Positions 23,621-46,961 of a stretch of DNA of 64,000 nt are shown here, one piece after another. The DNA comes from Camelus dromedarius. Lineage: Eukaryota. The stretch's first letter is position 1. Each line of letters opens with the position of its first letter. The notes beneath the pieces were generated by a model. That model did no database searches. It saw only the letters and a list, made by a program, of their open reading frames with translations, and had not been told where the DNA came from. The stretch lies in the NCBI RefSeq assembly GCF_036321535.1, contig NC_087439.1, positions 91,822,001 to 91,886,000 on the forward strand, in the 5' to 3' direction. The translations under genes and the position numbers were made by a program.

Positions 23621-24723
23621 AATATATTGGGCCATTTTGATGGATTTCATATGGTTCGACCTAAGAGATGAGCCCCCCGGCCCAGAGCTGGCCCTCGGTG
23701 ACGCTCAGCCTGGCAGATGTTAGGAGCACAAGACCTCACGCTCTACGACAGCTCATCTGGCCTTGAGCTTTTGTATTTTCTTTATTTCTGCTTTTGTGGT
23801 ATTTTTAGCAAAATTCCCCTGAACTCTCCAACTTTTCTCACTAAATGAAGAAAAAAAAAATTGGAGTCTATGATTAAAATGGAAAAGCAGAGCCCCCCGG
23901 CAGGGTCCCAGTCCCGGGGGTAGGAGGCTGGCCCCACTAGAGAAGGTTGGACTGAGCCTAGGGGAGGGGGTGACCCTCTTCTCCTCCCAAGCACTTCAGA
24001 GGAGGCTGACAGGGAAGTATGGAGACTGAAAAGATTATGGGATGTGTACAAAAGATTGGTTCTGAAATGGGGGGAGCACAGGGTGTGGCCCAGATGCATC
24101 CATGCCTATGGCTCCTGCCAAGAACATTGGGTGAGAAGCCAGGGGTCTCACCAACCCCAGAGAGCCCCGAGTGCAGGTTCCAGGACCACCCCATTCTCAG
24201 AGACCCAGGGAGCCTGCAGGGGGGAGCCTCCAACTCGGCCTCCCCCCACCCCCAGGTGGCACCCTTGCCTCTCCCTCTTAAAGTCAAGTTTAGCCCAAAG
24301 GGAGGGCGAAGTCAGAGCAGCAAGTAAAGCTGCCAAGCTGAAGGAGACCAGCCATGCATGAGGAAGGCCCCAGGGGGCAAGGGGAGCCCCCCTACTCAGA
24401 CACCCGGAGAGCTTCAAGCCACACACAACCTGGGGAGCCCCCACCCCTGCTGCTGCCCCAGGCCCCATTCCCTTTGTTCTCTAGGCGCCAACATCCCCCT
24501 TGCTGCGGTCCAGGATCAGGCCCTGGCTGCCCTCACCATGTTCACACAGGGAAACAGCAACCCACGATTGTCAACATTTACAAAGTGCTGACCTAGAGCA
24601 GCGATGGTAATCCCTGCCAGCCCTTTGTGGGAAGCCTGACGGGTGTCCTCTAATCCTCCCAGCGAGATGGGTGTCATTATCCCATTTGCCAGACTGGGAG
24701 CATGAGGTTGAGAGCTGGGGAAG

Positions 24724-25152
24724 TGAATTAGTTTCCTGGGCTGCCTTCACGAATTGTCACAAACTGGTTGGAAATGTATCTCTCACAGTTCTGGAGGCCA
24801 GAAGGCCGACAAAGTCAAGGTGTTGGAAGGGTCATGCCGTTTCAAAGGCTGTTTGGGAGAATCTGTCCCTCGCCTTTCTCTTACTGCCAGTGTTGCCGGC
24901 AATCTTTGGCTTACAGCTGCGTGACTCCAGTCCTTGCCTCCGTTGCCACATGGCCTTCTCCCTGTGTGTCTCTTCTCTTCCAAAAGGACGTATAGGATTA
25001 AGGGCCTACCCTACTCCAGTATGACCTCTGCTTAACTTATTACATTTGCAACAATTCTATTTCCAAATAAAAGGTCACATTCCGAGGTCTGGGGTTGAGG
25101 GGGTGGTTAGGACATCAATATATCTTTTGGGGAACAGAATTCAACCCCCACA
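24724..25152 (-). mobile_element. MaLR solo LTR, MLT1C-like, inserted in a MIR with 5-bp TSD GGAAG
   Basis: TG...CA termini; MLT1B/C motifs (GAATGTGACC...ATTTGGAAATAG); GGAAG at 24719-24723 and 25153-25157. Confidence 0.85.
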
Positions 25153-28100
25153 GGAAGTGATTCATCCAAAGTCACCCAGAGGTACAGTCAGAACCCCAGG
25201 CCTGAGCTCTGAATCATGGCCTGAGCAGCCTTCCATCCCAAGACGAGCCCGACTCCAACCTCTTCATACATTTCAACGTGTCACAAGCCAGCGTGTGGCC
25301 GTTTTGTGCCTAGCCAGTCATCTTTGGCCAGCAGAGCTGGCATGGCTGTGGTTCCCTCTATCCTGTCCTGGGACACTGCCCTCAAAGGTGGCCTGGTCAG
25401 CTCTTGGGTTAATCTCTCTCCCACTGCCCTTTTGCTCATATCCCTGGTGGGGCCCAGGAGGTTGGTGTGGCTTGGAGGCTGCAGGGCTGGCCCACATCAC
25501 CAGAGCGCGCAGGAACCTCCTGACATGAGCCTGCTGGGATTTTCCAGAGATATTGACAAAGGTCCAAGGTTCTGTCCCTCCCTCTTCTTGAAGTAGGGGT
25601 TACGGCTGAGACTTTGCCCCCACCTGCGAGAGGAATGAGGTGGGGCAGCTGTGGCCTCAGAGGGCACCCAGGGCGGGGGGGTCAGCACATGGCAGACAAG
25701 GCCGACTCCCCTCTCAGGCAGGAGACTGGGGCCTGGAGCAGACCCCAGAGAAATCAGGGATCGTGGATGTCACTAACAGTCCCCCGAGTCTCTTCTGTGT
25801 CCCTCCTGCACCCTGGGAAAATGGGGCTGCAAAGAGGAAAGAACAGGGGAGCAGCAGAAGAGGAGTCCCCAGCTCTGCCACATTCTGGCTGGGTGACCTC
25901 CCTGAGCCATTTTCTTCCCTGAGTTTGGGGAGAACGGTGTGAAGTGCTGGTACTTACCGGCCCCTCAGAAAATGTCTCTCCCCGACCCACACTCCAAGGG
26001 AGAGTGAAGAGACTGGGCAGACTGAATGTGGGCGTGAGGAAGAAAGAGCTGAAGACCAGGCCCCACCCCTGCACGGAAAGGGAGCTGATGGGGAGGAGCC
26101 GGCAGGGGAGGGGGACCCCAGGACTGCTTTGGACAGATTGAGGTTGACGTGCCAGGAGGCAGGGAATTCAGCCCTGGAGCAGGAAGACAGGCCAGTTCTG
26201 ATCACTCATTTCTTCATTTGTTTAGCAAATACAATGTGTCAGTTTCTGTTGTGGGTGCTGGGGACACCACGGGGACGAGACAGAAAGCCCTACTGCCCTG
26301 CAGCACACAGACAACGCAAAGACCAAGCTCACAACTGCAGATGGCTCTTAGCAGCTCACTGGGCAATCTCAACTCATTGGGCTGTAGATTGGAAAAGACT
26401 GAAATTTTCCAGGCACTGCCCTCCACTGTGCTGGGCAGAGGCTCCTTTCCCACTGGAAGGGGCAGCTCTCTTCCCAAAACTGGGCCAGATTGTGAGCCTT
26501 CTTCACCCCCAGGTTAGAGCTTCTTCTGGGCATTGTCCATTGAAACTCTAAGCTCTTGCTTGATAAAACTCATCTCCCTTCCCCAAGCTTCAGAAGTTCT
26601 AGTGGGGATGGAAGGGTGAGAAGGGGTCTCCCTTCACCCTTGGTTCTTCAGTGTTGGGGTAGGGAGAAAGAAAGGGGGCACGTGCTCCTGACTCGCCTGG
26701 GCCAGGGAGCCCCAGAACCAGAGGCCCTGCTGGGGCTGTAGCTCCTTTCCATGGAGAACGAGCAGTGTCAGCGGTCCAACCTCTACCTCAGGGCGGCTCC
26801 CATGGGCACAGGGCCCTGTGCTCAGCAAGGCCCCACACTTGGTTTGATGTTCCACCTGCCACGGCATGTATTATAACAACGTAACGCTGGCAGCATCATA
26901 CCATGCTGTACTTTGCCCCAAAGCCTGAAGCTACCTGTCTCTCTCACACTCAGGGCCAACTCTCAGGCCTGAGGACACATGTGAGATGGCCCTCTGCAAA
27001 TGCTTAAGGACCAGGAACCGCAGGGGTATGGGCCCCGCCCTACTCAGCACTTCCACCCTACCCTCACTACAGAGGGCCCTGGCTGGTCAGTAAGTCCTCT
27101 GGCTAAGGTGACCTTCACTGAGCACTGAAATGCCAGTCCCTCCCTCTTGCCAGCTCCCTGATTCCTGAGCAAGGATTTTCTTGATTCCTCAGGGGATTCT
27201 ACCCCTCCTTCTCGCTTGGCTGGAGCTGTGAGGGAAGATGCTCTCTCTGCCAACACTGTGCCACCCCCAAGGCCCTCCTCCCCCATCCTTTCTTCCGATC
27301 CACTTGGAGGAGGGGCCGTGGGGGAAAATGGATTCTGACAAGGGTCCGGCAGTGAGCCCTGCCGTGGTGGTGGGGAACTGCCCACTCAACTAGCCTGCGG
27401 AGACCAAGCCCCTTAACCAGGCAAGAACTCCACTGGACAGCCTGCAACAGACATGATTGCTCTGAAGAAGATACAAGAGGGTAGTGTGACAGAGATGAGA
27501 GGAGCTGCCGGGACAGCGGCCAGAAGGCCCCTCTGTCACATTCCAACGGGAGAAGCAGATAAGGAACAAGTGCACTGTCACCAATAGTAAACAAAATCGT
27601 ATCATGAAATGTGGATTTAGACGCGATTCTCAAGAGGAGGCCTGTGGAAGCAGATGAAATTGACCTGGACTTGGGGTGGGTATAGACAGAGGCGAGGGCT
27701 TGTGACTCAGCCATGGAAACAGCAGTGACAGAGGAGGCGGCAGAGAAGGGTGAGCTGGAATTTGAGCCGAATTGCGGTGCATCCTCTGAGGTCCCTGCTT
27801 TTTCTTTGGCAGTGGCGGGACTTTTTCCCGAGGGGAGTTGGGGCAGAAGGGACAGTAAAAAGACCAGCAACTCCTGGTCTTCCTGCTCCTCCGCCTCCTG
27901 CCTTGGAGACCAATGCAGGCAGAAGCGAGACCAGGAGGCAGGGTGGGAAGGCTCTTTACAGGTGCTCTAGCCTGAACAGGCTTTGGCAGATTCCAAGCAG
28001 CTAAGAGACTTAGGTGCTGTGTGGGTAGGAAGTGTACCCCCCAAGAAATTCCCCAGAGGAAGTGTCCACAGGGGGCTCCACTGTGGGGGGGCTGGCTTCA

Positions 28101-28572
28101 GGCTTCAGTCCTTTCAGTTTAAATGCAAGGCTCTGCAGCCAGAGCTTGCAGGATGTATCTGAGCTGCTGGCCTCTCTGTCTGGAGGCCTGCTAGACTTTC
28201 CCACACATCTCTCTCTGCTTTCTGGGTCCCTTACTTAATGGCTCTCTCTTGCAACCACAGATAATTTTCCTTTGGACACTTTCTCAAACCTCTGTTTATG
28301 CTTCAAATACAGGTTGTGTTGAACTCTCTCTCTGCCAAGAATTTGGAGATCGTGGATAAAAAGTCCCAAAAGGTTCCCCACCTAGACACACATCCTATCT
28401 AGATGTATAGATTGTATAGATATTCTGATGAATACAGATAATTTCCAGTTTCATAATATTCACTCACAATAACCCACACTCAGACAGTATTTTCATGGCA
28501 TTCCTGAATCGGAGGTGTTACCTTTCTGAGGTGTGGTGGTAGGTAACCAGTGAAGGGGAAAAGGGGTGTATA

Positions 28573-28778
28573 TAGTGCTGTGCTGCTAAATGCCGAACAA
28601 ATGCCTCCCTGGGGAAAAAAGAGCTCTGATCCACAGCTTTTGCTGATTCCCATGGTGTAAATACTCTCATCATGACTGATTTCAAGCTACCACGTGACAT
28701 TACTGAATGCAGTCTTGGGAAGAGATGCAGATGATTAGCTCTCAGGAGCCAGTCTGAGCTGACTGTAGCACAGCACTG
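28573..28778. mobile_element. hAT MITE, MER63A-like
   Basis: About 206 bp; terminal inverted repeats TAGTGCTGTGCTG / TAGCACAGCACTG; internal GGTGTAAATACTCTCATCATGACTGATTTCAAGCTACCA. Confidence 0.75.
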
Positions 28779-30073
28779 GGGCGGGGTGGGGGAGCAGTGA
28801 GGGGCTACTCCAATGGAGTTCCATGGGGTGGGAGCCTCATTGTGGTCAGTGCCCAGAGAGGTTGGGAAGAACCAAACTGATGGGGCATCACTGCAATCCA
28901 GGGGGAAGAAAATTTCAGGGAGGAAAAGGAAGTCGTGCTTATTCTCCACTGCCCACAGTGGCACAGAAGGAAGAGGTTGGAGAGGATGCTGGATTTGGCT
29001 GCCCCTTCTCTTCATCTCACCTACTACCCCTGTGGGACCCCTGGCTCAAGGCTATCTCTGCAGGTCTGAGGTTCTGTCTTTGAAAGGAGGGCAAGTTCCC
29101 ATCAGGGTGAGTTCACCTATATAGAAAGAGCAAGGGCTGGAGAAGAAAGGACAATGTTACAGAGAAGACATCGTGACAGATCTGCTCTGAAAATGGACCA
29201 GGCCTGCCAAAGCCGCCTGGGGGTCACCAGCACAAACTGCGGTGCCAGAGTTCTTTTTTTGGCCCCAAGACATTCTGTGGGGCAAGAGGTTACCTTCTTT
29301 CTGCCCCAGGTGGGGACTTGGTCCCAGGAGAGCTGCCCATTTGTGGCCCTTCCCGTGAGACTACAGAAGACTCCCTCCTGCCAGATCAGGGTCATAGCAA
29401 CCAAGAACAATGCCAGGCAGGCCGAGTGGGCCCTGCGCAGGGGCAGGGGGTCTGGGAGAGCGGCAGAAGCTGCTGGGGCCTGTCCTTCCCGAACTGGGCC
29501 ACTGATGGGGCCTTTCGTCTCCCGCCTTCCTCTCTGGGCCACTCCAGCGTCCGCCTGCCTCTGCCTTTCCCCCCACCCTAACTACCCCCAGTGCGGCAAT
29601 TACGGCGCTAATTAGGGCGCTTTGATCATCTTTAGAAATGGCCACACTGGGGAGGGACACCGCCAAGCAATTAGGGGCAGAGAGGCTGGGAGCTCAGGCA
29701 CCTCCTTAGGGGGTGGGACTGCCGAGGACCCTCAGATACCCCCTTCCCTCCTCCCTCCAGGAGTGTCTGCCCCCAGCATAGCTGTAAACTCTTCAGGGAA
29801 TAGAGACACATGGGAATCCCGCCCCCCATTTGAGCCCTGGAGACAGGGCCAGCCCCTGCCCACCAGCCTCCCTTTGCCTGGCCCCCAGCCCAACCGTCAG
29901 CTCTTCTGGCCTGTCCAGGCCCCTTTGATGGAGCCGCAGAAACAAGGGCTCCTTTGACAGAAGGGGGGCCTCAGAGCCTGGATGATGAGACTTCAAAGGT
30001 GAGGGTCAAGCCCACTACCCTGTTCCCTCCCCCAGGCCTGGCCCCCTCCCATGTACCCCCCCAGTCTGTCCTC

Positions 30074-30079
30074 TATATA
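30074..30079 (+). promoter_or_regulatory. TATA-like box of PRSS56 (TATATA); predicted TSS near 30105
   Basis: Isolated TATATAG in GC-rich sequence about 240 bp upstream of the ATG. Confidence 0.6.
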
Positions 30080-30316
30080 GCCCCCCAAGCCCCATTTCCC
30101 CTGTGGGCTCCTGGGAGTTAAGGGCCAGGTGAGGGACTGACCAAGGGAAGCGGGTGATTTTGATGTAAGAGAATAGAGTCAGATGATCTGAGGGACAAGA
30201 ACTCAGTGCCCAGGGGCAGAAAGGCAGTGGGAGACAGGCACCAAAGGATAAGCGCCTGGCGGGTGGACCCCGAGGGGGAAAGAACCCGGGGTCGCTTGCT
30301 CCGGCTCCTGGTCACC

Positions 30317-35314
<4,998 letters not shown>

Positions 35315-35492
35315 GCCATGTTTCTCCCCTAGGCCCTGGTCAGGACCTGCTGCTCCCAGGGCCTGGGAGGGTTCAGGAATTATGATGACAAACTGTCACT
35401 GCCAGAGTTGGGTGGGGGTCGGGGAGGTGGGAGAAGGGTCCTGGGCCCTACGTGTCTTCCCAGATGTGCCATCAGAAAATTACAGCTGCTTT

Positions 35493-35498
35493 AATAAA
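35493..35498 (+). terminator. PRSS56 polyadenylation signal AATAAA
   Basis: First AATAAA about 180 nt after the stop codon, followed by T-rich sequence. Confidence 0.8.
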
Positions 35499-35547
35499 CA
35501 TTATTTATGATCTACAGATACAACTCCAGAGCTTACTTAGCATTGAA

Positions 35548-35673
35548 TTTCTTTCTTTTTTTTTCCCCAGTGGGAGAGGTAATTAAGTTTGTTTGTTTAT
35601 TTATTTAATGTGGGTTGAACTCAGGACCTCTTGCATGCTAAGCACACACTCTACCACTGAGCTATACCCTCCC
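35548..35673 (-). mobile_element. Camelid Vic-1-type tRNA-derived SINE
   Basis: Minus strand reads GGGAGGGTATAGCTCAGTGGTAGAGTGTGTGCTTAGCATGCAAGAGGTCCTGAGTTCAACCCAC, then an AATAAATAAACAAAC...CTTAATTACCTC tail; degenerate flanking duplication cattgaatttcttt / cactgagtttcctt. Confidence 0.85.
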
Positions 35674-35995
35674 ACTGAGTTTCCTTAGGATGGACATTGG
35701 ACCTCTGGGGGTACGGCCCAGCCCCTAGAAGCAGTTGGTGGAGGTCACAAAGACACTGGCTGGGGGCTGCAAAGCCCCCCACCTCAGCATACCTGTCTAC
35801 CTCCCAAGAAAGGGCAGTGGCGGACCTGCCTATCACCACTTCGCTATCCATGGCTGATCAGTGCTGCCCCCAATGTTCAGCGTTGCACGCAGCCTCAGCC
35901 CTCATTGCTAGCTGTAGGGACTCCCAGCCTGGGATCTTTGTCTCATGTCTTTGGGCTCCTGCCCGGCTGGCCAGTCCCTGTCCCCACCCCCTCAT

Positions 35996-36095
35996 CACCT
36001 GTCCCAGTTTCTCTTCCCTGCAGCAGAGCCTAGAGGTGTCAGATTGCGTTTCCGGCTGCCTCTTCCCTTTGTACCCTCCCCCCATCCTGCACCTG
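35996..36095 (+). promoter_or_regulatory. CHRND proximal promoter: N-box TTCCGG (36050-36055) flanked by E-boxes CACCTG (35996-36001, 36090-36095)
   Basis: The N-box (GABP/Ets site) is the established synapse-specific element of AChR delta/epsilon promoters; E-boxes bind myogenic bHLH factors; about 120 bp upstream of the ATG. Confidence 0.8.
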
Positions 36096-36172
36096 TCCCC
36101 TCTGTCACCCACCCACATTCCCTAGTCCTGCTGATAGGAGGGGCAGACCCAAGACCCAGTCAGAGGAGAAGG

Positions 36173-42699
<6,527 letters not shown>

Positions 42700-43561
42700 A
42701 GTGGGCCTGTCCTGCCCCACCTGGCGCAGCAGCCAGGACAGCTCCATGGCGGGGAAAGGGTGGGGGTGGGCCTGAAAGGGATGGGCCTGCAGGGGGTGGG
42801 GGTGGGGCAGGTAGCTGTGTGGACAGGGGGGTCTGAGAGACAAGCTCTTCCTGGGGAGGCCAACTCCCGGCCATGAGACTTGAGTCCAGTTGGTCCTGCA
42901 AAGCTGGGGCAGAGATGATCTGGGCTTTCCTGAGCTCCAGGAAGTGAAGGAGAAGCCCCACTTCTCAACAGTGGTTCTTTTGCAAATACAGCCAGGAGTC
43001 ACTCCAGAAGGTATGAGAGTGGATGTTGACTGGTGGTGGGGCAGGATGACGTCAGGGGAGGCAGGAGGCTGGTTCAGGGACCAGGGAGGATGCCACTCAG
43101 GATGGCCTTTTGGGACCCCTCTGTGACACGTCAGAAAAACAGGCATCTTCTTGCCTCCCCTTCCCCCCAGGTCAGGGTAGAGCAGATGGGTCCCTGTGCC
43201 TTAACTTGCCGGCTCCTCCAGCCACCTCCTCCTGCCAACCCCTTAGCCTTGGGCTTCTGAGGCCCAACTGGAGGCAAGGTTGGGGATGCTTCTCTCTCCA
43301 GCCCACTAGGGAAGGAGCTTTTTGGCAGGTGTGGGAGCACCAGGATTGCAGAAGGGCCTTCCCCAACCCTTTCTTTCTGCCTTGGCCACTCTGTCTGGGC
43401 CCCTCAGAAGCAGAGGACCGTGGTGGAAGGGTCAAGTTCAGCATCCACAGAGGCCAGAGGTCAACCTGTCAACTTCAGGTCACGTACTATCCTAAAGCCC
43501 CAGAATACAGCCATCCCCCCAAGATTGCTCCTTCTTGGGCACCTATTCCTCCTCCCCAAAG

Positions 43562-43679
43562 TAGGATTGCCAGATAAGACTTGGGATATATGTATACCGA
43601 AAAATAATTCATCGTCTATCTGAAACCCAAATTTAACTGGGAATCCTGTATTTTAATTTGCTAAATCTGGCAACTTCAC
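43562..43679. mobile_element. Internally deleted MER53-like hAT MITE
   Basis: Ends TAGGATTGCCAGAT / ATCTGGCAAC; internal TATCTGAAACCCAAATTTAACTGGGAATCCTGTATTTT. Confidence 0.7.
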
Positions 43680-43728
43680 CCCAAAGGGCCAAGTGCTGAG
43701 GCTACAGGAGCTGGGGGATGTGGCTCTG

Positions 43729-44217
43729 TGTGGCAGCCCACCTCCAAAACGGCCCCAGTGATCCCTACCGCCTGGTATTCATATCCTTGTGTAGTGCCTC
43801 CCACATGGTACCAGGACTACTCTGTGTGACCAACAGAATGAGGCAGAAGTGGTTGTGTGAAACTTCCAAGTCTAGGTCATGAGAGACATTGTAGCCCTCC
43901 CCCCACCCCTGCTGTTACTCCCTCATTCACTCTCAGTTGGCTGACAGAGGAAGCTGGTTGGCACANNNNNNNNNNNNNNNNNNNNNNNNNNNNNNNNNNN
44001 NNNNNNNNNNNNNNNNNNNNNNNNNNNNNNNNNNNNNNNNNNNNNNNNNNNNNNNNNNNNNNNNNNNNNNNNNNNNNNNNNNNNNNNNNNNNNNNNNNNN
44101 NTGCTAGAACCACCCAGCTAAACTGCTCCTGGATTTCTGACCCTCAGAAACTATGTGAGATAATAAACGTTTCTTGTTTTAAGAGACAAAGTTTCGGGTA
44201 GTTAGTTACACTAGCAG
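43729..44217 (+). mobile_element. MaLR solo LTR, MLT1F-like, interrupted by an assembly gap
   Basis: 5' TGTGGCAG...; 3' CTAGAACCACCCAGCTAAACTGCTCC...GAGATAATAAACGTTTCTTGTTTTAAG. Confidence 0.8.
43966..44101. other. Assembly gap (N run)
   Basis: 136 N. Confidence 1.
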
Positions 44218-45279
44218 TGTGGCCTTGGGGGAACCACTCCTCATCTCCCAGCTTCAGTTTTCTCATCTGCAAAGCATATGTAAGTCTGGCTCAGGAAACG
44301 TTCTGAAGATCAGATTTGCTAGTAGGAGTAAAGGTAGTTACACGTGTCCTGCAAATTTTAGCAGCGGTGGTTTATCTCATATCTCATCTGTGAGCCTCAG
44401 TCACTGAGGATAGGCCTCTGGGGCCAGGATCAAGCCTGGCTCAGTGAGTGAAGGGGGACTGGAGCAGGTTAGAGAACGCAATTCTTTATCTCCTTGATGT
44501 GCAGGCGTGAGGTCCCACAGCTCAACCCGTCTCCCGCAGAGGGAGTCAGTGACCTCATGAGCTCAGGTATACAGAAGACCGACTTTTTAGTCTTTCCATG
44601 GAACTAAAGCAAAGACTAGCCATTTAAAACCACAACTGACCTTACTTCCGCTTTCCAATATGAACTTTCCAAAAACTCAAGGTACAAATCTTTAATTTTT
44701 TCCCTCTGAATAGGAAAACTAGCTTGGACTTACACCCTTCAGATGAGCAGGCAGTCCGGGTCTTCCCTGGAATTGGCCACCAACTCCAGGAGGTCCCTGT
44801 CTCACACACACAAACGAGAGGGCTGACATCCGAGCCCACAACCACTGTCATTGCTCCTCTCTGCCACACGGTGGCACTGTTGGCAGCAGGTCTTATACAG
44901 TCCACCCGCCAGGCTCTGTGGTGTCTGGCTCCTCTAGGGTGGCTATAAACCTTCCAGGGAAGACAATCCCCAAATGCCACATCCGACCAAGGGTACCTTT
45001 TGTGCAGGTTCCCAGGGTCACAGTGGGTCCCCCGAGAGCACCCACTCCCCCAGCACTCCAGCACCAGGGCGTTGTCAGGGTGCTGTCAGGACTGGTCCAC
45101 ATGGTGATATGGGAACTTGTCTCCTTCCCTCCCCAGAAAGTTACACCCACAGGGCCAGCTTCTTGTGAAGCCAGAGGGTGTCCATGCAGACTCCCCAGGC
45201 CAGCAGGGCTACCCACACTCTTTCAAAGGGTGATGAATCCATCAAGAATACACTGGCTGCAGACAGTCCAAAGGAACAG

Positions 45280-45560
45280 ACAATCCAAAGTCCGGTGGTG
45301 TAAGCAAATAAGGTTTCCTGTTTCTCACATAATAAGAATTGTGAGGCAGTGGCTGGTGCAAAACTATTAGGGACCTGGGTTCTGTGCTCTCTGCCCAGCC
45401 CTCCCTCCAGAGCATGTTGGCTTTGTCCTCAAACTTGTTGTCACAGCTCCACACTTCACATAATGTTCAAGGCAGGAAAGGAGCCAGCCATTTCTGACCT
45501 CTTTATCAGGAGGCAAAAGCTGAACCCCTCAGCCAACTTTGGCAAACACCGCATTGGCCA
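45280..45560 (-). mobile_element. Old MaLR LTR fragment, MLT1J/K-like
   Basis: Motifs TTTCTCACATAATAAG, GCATGTTGGCTTTGTCCTC, TTCAAGGCAGGAAAG. Confidence 0.55.
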
Positions 45561-46961
45561 GGATGCGATCACACGGACACCCCATCTGCACGGGAGCCCA
45601 GGAAAGGAGCATTTCACTTTTCCAGCCCCTGGAGTAGAAGGTGGCAAAGTTGTCAGACAGTGAAGACAACACGAGATTTTCTCTTTATGGGTCCCCTATC
45701 TCCCCACATAACCCTCCACGGCAGAAACTGCCACTCCTCAGAGATGCCTTGTCCTCCTGAGAACACTGAGGATACCTCTCAGAGCAGAGATGGGGAGAAA
45801 ATGGGAGTTACAATCTGCATACATAGGGAGGTGGCACAAGTCCCAACAGAATGAAGTCATGCTCCATAGTATCCTTTTTCCCTCCCAGATGCTTGTAGGA
45901 AAAGGAAAGGAGAAGGTCAGAAAGGTCGGGCATCACCGATGGCCTATGCCTGGGGCAGCAGAGCCAGGCAGGGACTAGGTGGGCCATTTTGTAGCTGAAG
46001 CCGGCAATGATCTTTGGCAAAGTGTGGTCCTGGAGCAGAGTAAAGAGGAGGAGACATATTGCTCTGCAAAACAGGAGAGGGAATTGAGTCTGGGGTTACC
46101 AGAGGGCAAAGTGGGGAGAAGGAGCCGTTGGCTTTGTGAACTCCAGGGAAAGTGGACTACACACCCAGATGTGTGGTGAGAACAGAGCTTGAGGGAAGTG
46201 AGCGGCACTGTCAAGGAAAACTGAGTGTGGGGCTCAGAGCGACTAAATGCAAGGACTGAAGCAGATGATCAGGGAAGGCAGGGGCCACCATCACCGTATC
46301 TCCAACCCCAAAGTCCTGGGGAGGACAGGAGGGACTTCTGGCCCTGCTTGCAGGGGGCTGGGGTCTGAGCCAGCCTCACTCGGATCTCCACCACAGGGCA
46401 CTGGGCTGTCTTCCAGTTTACTGACATGCATTGAAATGCCGCAGACATCATTCACTTGAGAGGAGGGCGACATGAAATGGTGCTTTCTCTCCAGCCCTCA
46501 GAGGCCGCCACCACCCTGTCCCCCAGGATGCTGAGGGGTGGGCTGTCCTATTCCCAAGAGCCTTGAGTTCCAGATCTTCCTTAGCCCTCCTTCCTTTAAA
46601 GCTTACCAGGCCTGAGCCCCATGCCTCAGAGACTTGGGGGACCCTGACCTGGCGCCCTCATTTGCATTAAGGTGTCATCGCTTGGGGGACCTAGTGTCTC
46701 TCCCACCCCTAGTGCCTGACCCTCCAGTGTCTGGGCCTAGTGAAGAGATCCATGAAGATGTCAGGCTGGTGGGACCAGTTTGGGATCCTCAACCAGGTAA
46801 TGGAGAAGCTCAGGTACAAAACATGCTTAACCAACAGCCTTCACACCTCCCCAAATCCCAACCCGCTGGATGGAGTGAGAGGAGGGCGCCTGGGTCAAGG
46901 CCCTTCCTCAGTACTCTGTCTTCTCCCACACCCATCTGTCGCTGGCTGCGTCCTCAGCCTC

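Noticed and set aside
35548-35673. tRNA-like A/B boxes here and at 60428-60550
   Set aside because: tRNA-derived SINE heads with A-rich tails, not full cloverleaf tRNA genes.
44640-45270. 140-150 aa ORFs between CHRND and CHRNG
   Set aside because: No recognisable domain or splice structure; one runs into an MLT1 remnant.
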